Shown piece by piece: positions 1 through 10,945 of a stretch of 61,461 nt of DNA. The stretch comes from a virus. Its lineage: Duplodnaviria > Caudoviricetes. Positions within the stretch are counted from its first letter, which is position 1. Each line of letters starts with the position of its first letter. A program made the position numbers and the translations under genes. The notes under the pieces are model-generated. The model was given only the letters and a program-made list of their open reading frames with translations, ran no database searches and was not told the DNA's origin. The stretch spans positions 1 through 61,461 of the IMG/VR virus record IMGVR_UViG_3300009151_000077; one strand, written 5' to 3'.

Positions 1-135
1 ATCAGATAATCAATGTCACATTAACACAAATTTAGGAAATATATTTTTTGATACTTCGGTAAGTATTAATAATAAGTTTTTTAATAACATTAATGAATGG
101 ATTATTGATTTATATAATGTATAGCATTTTTTACT

Positions 136-143
136 TATCTTTG
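136..143 (+). promoter_or_regulatory. Bacteroidota sigma-A -7 element (TATCTTTG)
   Basis: Matches TAnnTTTG just upstream of ATG 149; the same motif recurs before many genes. Confidence 0.6.
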
Positions 144-148
144 TATCT

Positions 149-637
149 ATGAAGTATTTACCAATCTTACTTATACTATTGTTTTCATGTTCGATGGAAA
201 AGAAACTTGCTAAGTACTGCCCACTGTGCGTTCAAAAGGACAGTACATCAGTGGTTACTCAAGTTAGAGATACTACAATTATTATTCCTGGTGAGACTAT
301 ATATATACAAGATACTTTATACTGCGACTCACTTGGCCACGTTATTTCAAAGTTAGGTGACAGATTAAGAGACAAGGACGGTAAGATCATCACACTAGAG
401 ACAAGGCTAAAGAACAATGTATACACATCTAAGGCAGAGGTACGTACAATATATAAAAAAATAAAGGGTAACACTGTGTACTCAACAAAATTAGTTACGA
501 AGACACTCAAGCCAGAGAAGATTAAGTATATCCCATGGTGGGTAAACTTTTTAGCTGTAGTCGGAGGAATTGTAATGATTATAATCTTAGTGTATGTTAC
601 CATACAGATTATTAAAAAGTCAGTAATGCCGATATGA
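149..637 (+). CDS. Lipoprotein, probable unimolecular spanin
   Basis: N-terminal signal with lipobox-like LFSC, beta-rich middle, C-terminal TM helix; first gene of the lysis cassette. Confidence 0.6.
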   Translation: MKYLPILLILLFSCSMEKKLAKYCPLCVQKDSTSVVTQVRDTTIIIPGETIYIQDTLYCDSLGHVISKLGDRLRDKDGKIITLETRLKNNVYTSKAEVRTIYKKIKGNTVYSTKLVTKTLKPEKIKYIPWWVNFLAVVGGIVMIIILVYVTIQIIKKSVMPI

Positions 638-1098
638 AAGTTCAACTATTAATCTTATTGGCTTCAGTTCGAACAAGCTTTCCTAAGTTGCTAGCAGTTC
701 TTTGGACATTCTTTTTACCTGTAAGCAACTTATTATTTTTAGTTGGGTTTTGTATATTCTTGGATACAGTCTTTGGATTATGGAAAGCTAAGAAGTTAAA
801 AGAGAAAATAACAAGCAGAAAATTATCTACTATAATATCAAAGATGATGCTATATCAGATAACAATTATACTATTTTTCTTGATAGATAAGTTTATCTTG
901 AATGCAATAATGTTACAATTCTTTTCGGTGCCTTTAATGTTAACTAAAATAATTGCACTTATACTTATAAGCATAGAGATATTTAGCATTGATGAGAACT
1001 ATCGTGCTATACATAAATACGGACTGTGGTATGCATTTAAGAAGGCAGTAGGCCGTGCAAAAGAAATTAAAACAGAAATCGATGGACTCAAAGATTAA
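634..1098 (+). CDS. Holin
   Basis: Several TM segments, basic stretch (KITSRKLS), ExxSIDEN motif of phage holin_4-like proteins; directly upstream of endolysin. Confidence 0.75.
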   Translation: MKVQLLILLASVRTSFPKLLAVLWTFFLPVSNLLFLVGFCIFLDTVFGLWKAKKLKEKITSRKLSTIISKMMLYQITIILFFLIDKFILNAIMLQFFSVPLMLTKIIALILISIEIFSIDENYRAIHKYGLWYAFKKAVGRAKEIKTEIDGLKD

Positions 1099-1651
1099 TC
1101 AATTCGTTCACTTTATCCGCAAATGGGAGGGAGGGCTCAGCCGTAATTCAAACGACTCGGCATCATCACATCCTTGTCCTACTCCATTCAACGGTCATAC
1201 TGGTTGGCATACAAACGCTGGAATTACGTACCAGTCTTGGTCTCATGTATTTAATCATGACCATGATGATAGATTTTTTTCTATGAATTCTGAGGACTGG
1301 TTTAAGGTATTCAAAGGATCTTACTGGGATGGAGTAAAAGCTGATAAAATTGCAGATATTACCGTAGCTATATTCTTAACTGAAATAGCTTGGGGCAGCG
1401 GTCCATTACAGGCTATTAAGACAGCACAGAAGTGTGTAAATGAATTATCAGATGACATAAGTGTTGATGGTGTTATGGGTCCTAAGACAATAGCAGCTAT
1501 CAACTCAATTGACCCAAAGAAATTCTTGAATCAATTATTTATCGATAGAGAGATATTCTTTAGAGCTATAAGCAAGGGAAAGAATTCAGTATTCCTTAAG
1601 GGATGGTTAAATAGATTGAGAGATTTTAAAAATACATTTTATGAGGTTTAG
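1082..1651 (+). CDS. Endolysin, glycoside hydrolase 108-like with peptidoglycan-binding C-terminus
   Basis: WEGG...TNAGIT motif, VDGVMGPKT and FLKGWLNR C-terminal motif; ATG 1082 preferred over GTG 1055. Confidence 0.8.
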   Translation: MDSKINQFVHFIRKWEGGLSRNSNDSASSHPCPTPFNGHTGWHTNAGITYQSWSHVFNHDHDDRFFSMNSEDWFKVFKGSYWDGVKADKIADITVAIFLTEIAWGSGPLQAIKTAQKCVNELSDDISVDGVMGPKTIAAINSIDPKKFLNQLFIDREIFFRAISKGKNSVFLKGWLNRLRDFKNTFYEV

Positions 1652-1793
1652 AAATCATTGGTCAATGGATGTATTCGGATCTATTTGTTTTAGACTAACA
1701 ATAGGACCAATTAGATTTATATCTTTAGATATAGACATCTATAGGAATTTTTATTCATTTACTTTAATTAACTTTACAATTAGAAATAGATGA
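1641..1793 (+). CDS. Small hypothetical protein (50 aa)
   Basis: Read manually (MRFRNHW...IRNR); fills the gap and overlaps both neighbours. Confidence 0.5.
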   Translation: MRFRNHWSMDVFGSICFRLTIGPIRFISLDIDIYRNFYSFTLINFTIRNR

Positions 1794-1924
1794 AAAAGCA
1801 ATCAGAAGTTAAGGCGATGGATAAGAAGTTCATTAGCAGGCCAGGTGTGCATGCTAAGACTAAAACATCTAAATTAAAAACGTCTAAGAATTATAAAAAA
1901 CAATATAAAGGTCAAGGAAAATGA
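1790..1924 (+). CDS. Small basic protein (44 aa)
   Basis: Read manually (MKKQSEV...SKNYKKQYKGQGK); ATGA coupling on both sides. Confidence 0.6.
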   Translation: MKKQSEVKAMDKKFISRPGVHAKTKTSKLKTSKNYKKQYKGQGK

Positions 1925-2319
1925 AGCAACAAAGTTATAATGTAGTACCGCCTACAGTAGACAGTACAGTATTTGGATCTAAATCTGGTAATACTGTTAA
2001 TTTTAATGTACAGTCTTTATTGGCATTAAATGCATCTCCAGAAGTAGTAGATACTAATTTACTTACACTGTATACAATTACTAGAACTAACACGTACTTT
2101 ACTGGAACAGCATCGGTATCATTTGCTATTACAATGCCAGCGGCTAGTTCTGCGTTAGACGGTGCTAAGTATGTTGTCATGTCAACTGTATCAAGAGCTA
2201 GTACTACATGGATATCTTCAGGTGCTACGTTTGTTGGATTGCCTACGTCATTAGTGGCTAATACACCAGTGTGTTTACAGTATAGTCACTCAGATACTAA
2301 GTGGTATATATCTATGTAA
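1921..2319 (+). CDS. Hypothetical virion-associated protein
   Basis: Ser/Thr-rich beta-type ORF in the late operon. Confidence 0.55.
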   Translation: MKQQSYNVVPPTVDSTVFGSKSGNTVNFNVQSLLALNASPEVVDTNLLTLYTITRTNTYFTGTASVSFAITMPAASSALDGAKYVVMSTVSRASTTWISSGATFVGLPTSLVANTPVCLQYSHSDTKWYISM

Positions 2320-2330
2320 CATATTTTTAC

Positions 2331-2338
2331 TATATTTG
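2331..2338 (+). promoter_or_regulatory. -7 promoter element TATATTTG
   Basis: TAnnTTTG upstream of the 2360 start. Confidence 0.55.
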
Positions 2339-2359
2339 TTACAAATTAAATTAAATAAA

Positions 2360-2605
2360 ATGTCAGAAAAGAAAATTACAACAGAAGAGTTAGACCAACT
2401 CAAGTCATTAAATCAGTCTTACAGAGACTTAAAATTCCAGGTAGCTGATATCGAGGTAACTTTTGAAAGATTAAAGTCACAGAAGATTTCCACATTAGCT
2501 AATCTTGAAACATCTGCATACGATCTATCTTCTTTCCAAGAAGAAATAATGAAAAAGTATGGCAAGGACATCAAAATCAATCTAAACACTGGTGAATATA
2601 ATTAG
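2360..2605 (+). CDS. Coiled-coil hypothetical protein
   Basis: Likely start MSEKK at 2360 after an A-rich region; ends with INLNTGE. Confidence 0.6.
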   Translation: MSEKKITTEELDQLKSLNQSYRDLKFQVADIEVTFERLKSQKISTLANLETSAYDLSSFQEEIMKKYGKDIKINLNTGEYN

Positions 2606-2813
2606 AAAAATATCTATAGGTCCTGACTACATGAAGTGCATGCACTATGTAGTTGGACAAGAGGTCTTAGACAGAACGTATAGAATTGAATCTATACTAT
2701 CTGAAAAGGATGGGTCTATATGTATATGGATAATTAAAGATGGAGAGATAATAAAGTGGAAACAATTCTCCAGTACAATGCCAATTTCAATAGAATTTAA
2801 AATAGATTTTTAA
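2592..2813 (+). CDS. Hypothetical protein
   Basis: ORF coupled to neighbours (IRKISIGPDY...MHY). Confidence 0.65.
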   Translation: MNIIRKISIGPDYMKCMHYVVGQEVLDRTYRIESILSEKDGSICIWIIKDGEIIKWKQFSSTMPISIEFKIDF

Positions 2814-3373
2814 TGAAGTCACCCTACTGTTTTATCATCAAGCCATTTGATGGAAGACGGTATGACAATTTAAGAAAGTATGGTGACATAAACTTCATCA
2901 TAAGTTCTTCTCAAGATGATCATACTGTGTCCAACAGATTCGCAATAGTTGAGTCTACACCAATATATTATGACGGCCCTGTACTTCCAGGAGACTTAGT
3001 AGTTGTTCACCATAACGTGTTCAAGTTCTACTATGACATGAAGGGTAGACAGAAGAGCAGCTGGCATCATTTAATTGATGACTGCTTTATCATTGAGCCA
3101 GAGCAGATGTACCTATACAAAAGAGGCACTGAAAACTGGAAGGCTACGCCTCCTTTTTTATTCATAAGACCTATAGACTCAGAGGATAAGATGTTTACAA
3201 ATTTAGGTAGATTTGAAGAGCTTTGGGGTGAGATCGTATATAAGAACGATGACTTTACTTCGGCTGAGGTGGGTGATGTTGTTTCATTTACTCCAGAGAG
3301 TGAGTATGAATTCAAGATAGATGACGAGGTTCTTTACAGAATGTATAACAAGAACATATGTCTAAAAAAATAG
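2813..3373 (+). CDS. GroES-like fold protein
   Basis: Two repeats resembling the co-chaperonin barrel (IIKP...GDLVVVHH; IRPI...GDVVSF). Confidence 0.45.
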   Translation: MKSPYCFIIKPFDGRRYDNLRKYGDINFIISSSQDDHTVSNRFAIVESTPIYYDGPVLPGDLVVVHHNVFKFYYDMKGRQKSSWHHLIDDCFIIEPEQMYLYKRGTENWKATPPFLFIRPIDSEDKMFTNLGRFEELWGEIVYKNDDFTSAEVGDVVSFTPESEYEFKIDDEVLYRMYNKNICLKK

Positions 3374-3633
3374 AAATATTAGAAGCTGGTAAGAAGGCAA
3401 TTGATGAGCTTATTAAGGTACTTAAGTCTCCAATAATCACTCATGCAGACGATGATCTGTCAGCAGATAAGTTAAAGAATGCTGCTGCATCAAAGAGGCT
3501 TGCGTTTGAGGATGCATTGTCTATGCTTTATAAGATTGAGGAGGAGGAGAATAGGGAGAACGATGTGCCAGTTAAGGACATAAGCATGCAGGGATTTGCT
3601 GAAGGTAGAGCTAAGATAAAGAATGGAAAATAA
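3358..3633 (+). CDS. Hypothetical helical protein, possible terminase small subunit
   Basis: Position immediately upstream of and overlapping terL; function inferred from synteny only. Confidence 0.4.
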   Translation: MSKKIEILEAGKKAIDELIKVLKSPIITHADDDLSADKLKNAAASKRLAFEDALSMLYKIEEEENRENDVPVKDISMQGFAEGRAKIKNGK

Positions 3634-5845
3634 GCTATATAGTGTAATTCAAGACTATATTCCAAAGAATGTGGTCACTACCAAGAACAGACACAAGAGC
3701 TGGGCTTATGGGTACAATAGTGACTACGATGTAATAGTAATATCTAAGGATGGTACTATTGGTGAGGTATATGAAATAAATAGCATAAAGGTTGCACTAC
3801 CATCAATACCATCAGAGATTGACGACATCAACAATAGATGGACTCCACATGAGTACGACAAGGATCTATTAAGAATTAAGACAATATTTGATTGGAACAG
3901 AAGAGACAATAAATTCAAGTCTCAATACATAGACTACATAGAGAGAGAGTTTAACAGAAGAGACTCTGGATATTGGTTTATCAACAACAAGAAAAAAACA
4001 TACATAACAGGTACGCACTACATGTACTTGCAGTGGACCAAGATTGACATCGGTCTGCCTGACTTCCGTGAATCAAATAGAATATTTTATATATTCTGGG
4101 AGGCATGTAAGGCGGACGATAGGTCGTTTGGTATATGTTACCTAAAAAATAGACGATCTGGATTTTCATTTATGTCATCTGGAGAGATCGGTAATACAGG
4201 TACCATAGTTCGTGACTCTAGGATAGGTATACTATCTAAAACTGGTAACGATGCCAAGAAGATGTTTACTGATAAGGTAGTCCCAATAGTAAGAAACTAC
4301 CCGTTCTTCTTTAAGCCCGTTCAAGATGGTATGGACAATCCAAAGACCGAACTATCTTTTAGGGTTCCAGCCAGCAAAATTACAAGAAAAAACATTGACG
4401 AGGAGAAGAATAATGACATCGATGGACTAGATACTACTATTGACTGGAAAAACACAGCAGACAACAGCTATGACGGTGAGAAGCTACTTCTACTCGTGCA
4501 TGATGAATCTGGTAAGTGGTTAAAGCCTGACAACATCCTAAATAACTGGAGGGTAACTAAGACTTGTCTTCGATTGGGAAGTAGGATCATCGGTAAGTGC
4601 ATGATGGGTTCAACATCAAATGCACTATCAAAGGGTGGTGACAACTTCAAGAAACTTTACAACGACAGCGACCCTAGATCTAGATCTGCCAACGGTCAGA
4701 CAAAGAGCGGTCTGTATTCTTTATTCATTCCAATGGAGTGGAACTATGAGGGTTATATAGATGAGTTCGGTTGGCCTGTACTAGATGATACATCCAAAGA
4801 GGTGATCGGTATAGACGGATCTAAGATATTAAACAGTGTTATTACATATTGGAATAATGAAGTATCTTCGTTAAAGTCTGATGCAGATGCACTAAATGAA
4901 TTTTATAGACAATTTCCTAGAACGGAGTCTCATGCTTTTAGAGATGAGTCCAGACAGTCTATCTTCAATTTGACGAAGATATATCAACAGATAGACTACA
5001 ATGACTCTTTGATAAAAGAGAGATTCCTGACTAGGGGATACTTCCATTGGTTAAACGGAGAGAAAGACTCTAAGGTAGTATGGACTCCAGACCCAAAGGG
5101 TAGGTTCAATGTATCGTGGGTACCAGAGGTATCATTGAGAAATAATGTGATAATAAGGAACGGTAAGAAGTTTCCAGGTAATGAGGGTATGGGTGCATTT
5201 GGTTGTGACCCCTATGACATATCAGGAGTAGTTGGTGGTGGTGGATCTAACGGTGCACTTCATGGGATGACTAAGTTCCATATGAATAACGGACCAACAA
5301 ATGAATTCTTCTTGGAGTATGTAGCAAGACCACAGACAGCGGAGATATTCTTTGAGGACGTTCTGATGGCTTGTATATTTTATGGTATGCCAATACTTGC
5401 TGAGAACAATAAGGCAAGACTATTGTATCATTTTAAAAACAGAGGTTATAGGGGTTACTCTATGAACAGACCAGATAAAAACCTTAACAAGCTATCTAAG
5501 ACAGAGTTGGAACTCGGTGGTATACCTAACTCATCTGAGGACGTAAAGCAGGCTCACGCCTCTTCTATCGAATCATATATTGAGGAGTACGTAGGACTTG
5601 ACACTGAGGGTACGTATAGAGATTCTAGCAACATGGGATCAATGTATTTCACTAGAACTCTTGAGGACTGGGCTAGATTTGACATTAATAATAGAACTAA
5701 TTTTGATGCCTCTATTAGCTCTGGTTTGGCCATTATGGCTACACGAAAATATATGTTTGTACCAGAGAAGAAAGAATCAAAAATAAGTATTAAATTTGTA
5801 ACATACGATAATCGTGGAACAAGAAGCGAAATTATAAAAAAATAA
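3623..5845 (+). CDS. terL: Terminase large subunit
   Basis: Walker A-like LKNRRSGFS, Walker B LLVHDESGK, coupling GST, nuclease GCDPYD and C-terminal D. Confidence 0.9.
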   Translation: MENKLYSVIQDYIPKNVVTTKNRHKSWAYGYNSDYDVIVISKDGTIGEVYEINSIKVALPSIPSEIDDINNRWTPHEYDKDLLRIKTIFDWNRRDNKFKSQYIDYIEREFNRRDSGYWFINNKKKTYITGTHYMYLQWTKIDIGLPDFRESNRIFYIFWEACKADDRSFGICYLKNRRSGFSFMSSGEIGNTGTIVRDSRIGILSKTGNDAKKMFTDKVVPIVRNYPFFFKPVQDGMDNPKTELSFRVPASKITRKNIDEEKNNDIDGLDTTIDWKNTADNSYDGEKLLLLVHDESGKWLKPDNILNNWRVTKTCLRLGSRIIGKCMMGSTSNALSKGGDNFKKLYNDSDPRSRSANGQTKSGLYSLFIPMEWNYEGYIDEFGWPVLDDTSKEVIGIDGSKILNSVITYWNNEVSSLKSDADALNEFYRQFPRTESHAFRDESRQSIFNLTKIYQQIDYNDSLIKERFLTRGYFHWLNGEKDSKVVWTPDPKGRFNVSWVPEVSLRNNVIIRNGKKFPGNEGMGAFGCDPYDISGVVGGGGSNGALHGMTKFHMNNGPTNEFFLEYVARPQTAEIFFEDVLMACIFYGMPILAENNKARLLYHFKNRGYRGYSMNRPDKNLNKLSKTELELGGIPNSSEDVKQAHASSIESYIEEYVGLDTEGTYRDSSNMGSMYFTRTLEDWARFDINNRTNFDASISSGLAIMATRKYMFVPEKKESKISIKFVTYDNRGTRSEIIKK

Positions 5846-8274
5846 TGGATAAATCACCAATTATAATCAATCAATATCCGTTCCCTAATCAAATGGCCTC
5901 TGAAGAAGAGAAGGCTACTGAAAAGTACGGATTACAGGTTGGTAAGGCTATTGAAGGAGAATGGTTTAAAAGGAAAAATAATACCTGTAGGTTTTATGAC
6001 CAATGGGGTGAGTTCCATCGACTTAGATTATATGCTAGGGGAGAACAGTCTGTACAGAAGTACAAGAACGAGTTGTCTATAAATGGTGACATGTCTATGT
6101 TAAACTTAGACTGGACTCCAATACCTATCATCCCTAAGTTTGTTGACATAGTTGTTAACGGTATGTCTGATAGATTATTCGAAATAAAGGCTGAGTCTCA
6201 AGATGTTATGTCTGCTGAGAAGAAGAACATATTCCAAGATATGATCGAGTCTGATATGGCAGCAAAAGACTTTTTAACTATTACTAAGGAGCAGTTTGGT
6301 ATTGACGCATTTAATGTTGATCCAGCTGAACTTCCAGAGAATGATGAGGAATTGTCATTATATATGCAGTTAAAGTATAAGCCAAGTATAGAAATAGCAC
6401 AAGAGGTAGCTATCGATACGTTGCTTAAGATGAATGACTACTCAGAGACTAGAAAGCTAGTTGACTATGACCTAACTACTATTGGTATAGGATGTGTTAA
6501 GCATTCATTCTTACCTAATGATGGAGTTAAGATTGACTATGTTGATCCTGCTAACTTAATACATAGCTACACAGAGAAGGTAGACTTTTCTGATTGTTAC
6601 TATTTTGGTGAGGCTAAACAGGTTCACTACACTGAGTTATTAAAAATAAACCCAAACTTAACTGACGAGCAATTAACAGAGATTAAAAATGCTGGATCTG
6701 CTTGGACTAGTTATTTCCCTATAGTTAAAAACTATCACGATGATGCTTTTTTAAATGAGGTTGTTACACTATTATACTTTAACTATAAGACATCTAAACA
6801 CTTTGTTTGGAAAAAGAAAATACTAGAGAATGGTGGTGAAAAAGTAATAAGAAAGGATGAGTCATTTAATCCTCCAATTGAGGAAGGTATGATGTATGAG
6901 AAAGTAGAGGCGGTAAGAGATGTGTGGTATGATGGTATATTGATTGCTGGTTCAAACATTATGCTTAAGTGGGAGCTTATGCGTAATATGGTTAGGCCTA
7001 AGTCTGCAACACAGATGGCATTGCCTAACTATGTATTACATGCTCCTAGAATGTACAAGGGGATGAAGGAGTCTTTAGTTAGACGAATGATTCCATTTGC
7101 AGATCAGATACAATTGACTCACTTGAAACTTCAGCAGGTTATGGCTAGAGTTGTACCTGATGGTGTATTCATTGATGCAGATGGTATCAATGAGGTTGAT
7201 TTAGGTACTGGTGCAGCATACAATCCAGAGGATGCATTGAAGTTATACTTCCAGACTGGTAGTGTTATTGGTAGAAGTTATACTCAAGATGGTGACTTTA
7301 ATAATGCAAGAGTTCCAATAACTGAGTTAAACTCAAACAGTGGACAAGCTAAAATGGCTGCATTAATTAATAACTATAACCACTATCTAAATATGATTAG
7401 AGACGTGACGGGTATTAATGAGGCTAGAGATGGTACATCACCACATCCAGATGCATTGGTAGGGGTTCAGAAATTAGCTGCTATGAATTCAAATACAGCT
7501 ACTAGACACATACTAGAGTCTGGACTTAGTATTACTAAACGTCTTGCTACATGTGTATCAATTAGAATTGCAGATATATTAGAGTACTCTGACTTTGCTG
7601 AAGAATTTGCTATGCAAATTGGTAAGTATAACATATCTATATTAGATGAGATTAAAGACTTATATCTTCATGACTTTGGTATATTTATTGAATTATCTCC
7701 AGATGAAGAGCAAAGAGCTAATCTTGAGGCTAACATACAGATGGCATTGCAACAACAAACCATTGATCTTGAGGATGCTATTGACATAAGAAATATCAAG
7801 AACATTAAACTTGGTAACGAGTTACTTAAGGTTAAGAGACGTAAGAGAATGGAGAAACAGCAAGCAGATAAGCAGATGGAGTATCAAATGCAGATGCAGA
7901 CAAACATGCAGTCTCAACAAGCAGCATCTGAATCTAAGGCTCAATTACTTCAAATGGAATCTCAGTCTAAGATACAAATTAAAGAGGCAGAGGCTATGTA
8001 TGCTATACAGCAAATGCAAGCTGAGGCTAACTTAAAGAAGGAGTTGATGGCTATAGAGTTTGACTACAACATGCAGTTAAAGGGAATAGAGTCTGATCAG
8101 TTGATGACTAGAGAGAAAGAAAAAGAAAAGGCAAAAGATAATAGAGTTGACTTACAAGCTACTAGACAGTCAGACTTAATCAACCAAAGAAAAAATAATT
8201 TACCTCCTTTGAATTTCGAGAGTACAGATGACTCATTGGATGGATTTGATTTAGAGTCATTTGGACCTAAATAA
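5845..8274 (+). CDS. Portal protein
   Basis: 809 aa after terL; IIPKFVDIVVNG motif and long Gln-rich C-terminal coiled coil. Confidence 0.85.
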   Translation: MDKSPIIINQYPFPNQMASEEEKATEKYGLQVGKAIEGEWFKRKNNTCRFYDQWGEFHRLRLYARGEQSVQKYKNELSINGDMSMLNLDWTPIPIIPKFVDIVVNGMSDRLFEIKAESQDVMSAEKKNIFQDMIESDMAAKDFLTITKEQFGIDAFNVDPAELPENDEELSLYMQLKYKPSIEIAQEVAIDTLLKMNDYSETRKLVDYDLTTIGIGCVKHSFLPNDGVKIDYVDPANLIHSYTEKVDFSDCYYFGEAKQVHYTELLKINPNLTDEQLTEIKNAGSAWTSYFPIVKNYHDDAFLNEVVTLLYFNYKTSKHFVWKKKILENGGEKVIRKDESFNPPIEEGMMYEKVEAVRDVWYDGILIAGSNIMLKWELMRNMVRPKSATQMALPNYVLHAPRMYKGMKESLVRRMIPFADQIQLTHLKLQQVMARVVPDGVFIDADGINEVDLGTGAAYNPEDALKLYFQTGSVIGRSYTQDGDFNNARVPITELNSNSGQAKMAALINNYNHYLNMIRDVTGINEARDGTSPHPDALVGVQKLAAMNSNTATRHILESGLSITKRLATCVSIRIADILEYSDFAEEFAMQIGKYNISILDEIKDLYLHDFGIFIELSPDEEQRANLEANIQMALQQQTIDLEDAIDIRNIKNIKLGNELLKVKRRKRMEKQQADKQMEYQMQMQTNMQSQQAASESKAQLLQMESQSKIQIKEAEAMYAIQQMQAEANLKKELMAIEFDYNMQLKGIESDQLMTREKEKEKAKDNRVDLQATRQSDLINQRKNNLPPLNFESTDDSLDGFDLESFGPK

Positions 8275-8292
8275 ATATATGTAAATAATATA

Positions 8293-8300
8293 TAACTTTG
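8293..8300 (+). promoter_or_regulatory. -7 promoter element TAACTTTG
   Basis: TAnnTTTG upstream of the scaffold/capsid genes. Confidence 0.55.
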
Positions 8301-8320
8301 TAAAAATTAAATTAAATAAA

Positions 8321-9412
8321 ATGGAAGGAGAATTTAAAGTAAGAGCGGTAGAGTTCGAAGAAAAAGGTGTCGTTGAAATTGAGAATCAATTGCTAAAGGA
8401 GCATGAGGAAAAATTAAACGGTACCTCAGAAGCTGAGACTATTGATACTTCAAACTTACAACCAGCAGTAGAAGAAAATACTGTTGAAGAAATGGATGAT
8501 AATAAAGTTCTTTCATATCTTGGTAAAAGATGGAATCGAGAGATTACATCGCTAGACGAATTGGCAGATCAACGTAGGGATAACGAAGAGTTACCTGAAG
8601 ATGTATCTACCTTTTTAAAATATAAAAAAGAAACTGGAAGAAGCATCCAAGACTTTATTCAATTGAATAAGGATTATGATGCTGAAGAACCAGACTCTTT
8701 GTTGTTTGAATATTATAAGAATCAAAATGCGGATTTAGATTCTGAAGATATTAGATTTGATATAGAAAGCAATTTTTCATATGATTCAGATTTTGATGAT
8801 GAAAAAGATATCAAGAAAAAACAAATAGCAAAGAAAAAAGAGCTTGCTAAAGCTAAGAAGTATTTCAACGAATTGAAAGAACAGTACAAAGTTCCACTTG
8901 AGTCAAGGGATTCTTTTGTTCCACAAGAAGAAAGAGATAATTATGATGCTTACAAGAAATATAGAGAGTCTTCCTCTCTCAACGATGAAGAGCAACAGAA
9001 GAGGTCTAGATACTTCGCTGATAAAACAAATGAATTGTTCTCTGATAAGTTCGAAGGTTTCGGATTTAATATTGATGAGAACAAAAAGTTAGTATATAAA
9101 CCAGCTGAATCAAAAACCTTATTGCAGGAACAAGCAAATTTAAATAGCTTCGTATCGAAGTTTTTAAATGATGATGGTTACCTTGCTGATGCTGAGTCCT
9201 TTCACCGTGCTATATCTGTAGCCTCAAATCCAGAAAAATTTGCTAAGTTCTTTTATGAGCAAGGTAAGTCAGAAGCAATTGATGGTGTATCTAGGGAATC
9301 AAAGAATATTGACATGACTAGACAAACTACTCAAATTACTCCTAGTACTGGAATGCAGGTTAGAGTTTTAGATCAAGAGCGTGGAAGCAGATTAGTAATA
9401 AAAAAACGTTAA
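8321..9412 (+). CDS. Probable capsid scaffolding protein
   Basis: Highly acidic, helical; lies between portal and capsid. Confidence 0.6.
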   Translation: MEGEFKVRAVEFEEKGVVEIENQLLKEHEEKLNGTSEAETIDTSNLQPAVEENTVEEMDDNKVLSYLGKRWNREITSLDELADQRRDNEELPEDVSTFLKYKKETGRSIQDFIQLNKDYDAEEPDSLLFEYYKNQNADLDSEDIRFDIESNFSYDSDFDDEKDIKKKQIAKKKELAKAKKYFNELKEQYKVPLESRDSFVPQEERDNYDAYKKYRESSSLNDEEQQKRSRYFADKTNELFSDKFEGFGFNIDENKKLVYKPAESKTLLQEQANLNSFVSKFLNDDGYLADAESFHRAISVASNPEKFAKFFYEQGKSEAIDGVSRESKNIDMTRQTTQITPSTGMQVRVLDQERGSRLVIKKR

Positions 9413-9433
9413 ACAATTTAAAAACTTAAAAAA

Positions 9434-10876
9434 ATGGCTGGTACATTATCAACGAGCCCAGGTGTAGCAATTACACCTAGCTCAGTAAAGGCAACATTGC
9501 CTACAAATTATATTACAAACTTTAACTTCTTGAATCAGTATCTTCCAGATACATATGAGCAAGAATTTGAGCGTTACGGTAATAGATCAATTGCATCTTT
9601 CTTACGTATGGTAGGTGCAGAACTTCCTTCTAACTCTGACATGATCAAGTGGGCAGAACAAGGTCGTTTACATACAAAATACACAGATGTGTTTACTGCT
9701 CAAGCAGCAGGTGCTATTGGTACACCTGTAGTTTATAGTATGCAATCAGGTGTTATTTGTAACTTTAGAGTTGGTCAAACTGTATTTATTTCTCAGAACG
9801 CTGGTACTGCATCAAATAAAGGTGTTATTACTGCAGTAGCTACTAACGGAAGTACATTTACAGTTGCTTATTATGAAGCTGCTCAAAATATCGTTGCTGG
9901 TTCATCTACTACTAATTTATGTACTGTATTTGTTTACGGTTCTGAATTTTCTAAGGGTACTGCTGGTATGGTTGGATCTAACGAAGCTCAAGATTTATTC
10001 TTTAGTAACAAACCAATTATCATTAAGGACAAGTATACTGTATCTGGTTCAGATATGGCACAAGTTGGATGGGTTGAGGTAACTACTGAAAATGGAGCTA
10101 CTGGATACTTATGGTATATTAAGTCAGAGCACGAAACTCGTCTTCGTTTTGAAGATTATTTAGAGATGGCTATGGTTGAAGGTACTCCTGCTGCTACAGC
10201 TTCTGGAGCATTGGCTGAATTATCTAAGTCTACTAATGCTGCCCCTGGATCTGGAGCTGGTACAACTGCTGCTGGTACAGAAGGTATGTTCAATGCTATT
10301 GAAACTCGTGGTAACGTATGGTCAGGTGGTACTCCATCTTCATTGGGTGACTTTGATACAATCGTACAACGTCTTGACAAGCAAGGAGCTATCGCTGAAA
10401 ACGCATTGTTCTTGAATCGTCAATTCTCTTTTGATATCGATGATATGTTAGCTGCTCAAAACTCTTACGGAGCTGGTGGAACTTCTTACGGATTGTTCGA
10501 CAACTCAGAAGAGATGGCACTTAACTTAGGTTTCTCTGGATTTAAGCGTGGATACGAATTCTACAAGACTGATTGGAAGTACTTAAACGATGCTACACTT
10601 AGAGGTGGTTTAGTTGGTGGTGCAGTTAACGGTGTATTAGTTCCAGCTGGAACAATGAGTGTATACGATCAAGTATTAGGTAAAAATGCTCGTAGACCGT
10701 TCTTACACGTTCGTTACCGTGCTTCAGAAACTGAAGACAGACGTTACAAGACTTGGATTACAGGTTCAGCAGGTGGTGCACAAACAAGTGATTTAGATGC
10801 AATGGAGGTTAACTTCTTGTCTGAAAGAGCTTTATGTACATTAGGTGCAAATAACTTCTTTATCTTTAAAGGATAA
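9434..10876 (+). CDS. Major capsid protein
   Basis: 480 aa, strong codon bias, followed by a terminator; WAEQGRLH and IIIKDKY motifs resemble flavobacterial podovirus capsids. Confidence 0.85.
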   Translation: MAGTLSTSPGVAITPSSVKATLPTNYITNFNFLNQYLPDTYEQEFERYGNRSIASFLRMVGAELPSNSDMIKWAEQGRLHTKYTDVFTAQAAGAIGTPVVYSMQSGVICNFRVGQTVFISQNAGTASNKGVITAVATNGSTFTVAYYEAAQNIVAGSSTTNLCTVFVYGSEFSKGTAGMVGSNEAQDLFFSNKPIIIKDKYTVSGSDMAQVGWVEVTTENGATGYLWYIKSEHETRLRFEDYLEMAMVEGTPAATASGALAELSKSTNAAPGSGAGTTAAGTEGMFNAIETRGNVWSGGTPSSLGDFDTIVQRLDKQGAIAENALFLNRQFSFDIDDMLAAQNSYGAGGTSYGLFDNSEEMALNLGFSGFKRGYEFYKTDWKYLNDATLRGGLVGGAVNGVLVPAGTMSVYDQVLGKNARRPFLHVRYRASETEDRRYKTWITGSAGGAQTSDLDAMEVNFLSERALCTLGANNFFIFKG

Positions 10877-10889
10877 GAATAATTGATAT

Positions 10890-10922
10890 AGAGGGGGATA
10901 TAATGTCTCCCTCTTTATTTTT
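10890..10922 (+). terminator. Rho-independent terminator
   Basis: AGAGGGGGATA-TAA-TGTCTCCCTCT hairpin followed by a T-rich tract. Confidence 0.75.
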
Positions 10923-10945
10923 AATTTTAATTTAAATTATATAAA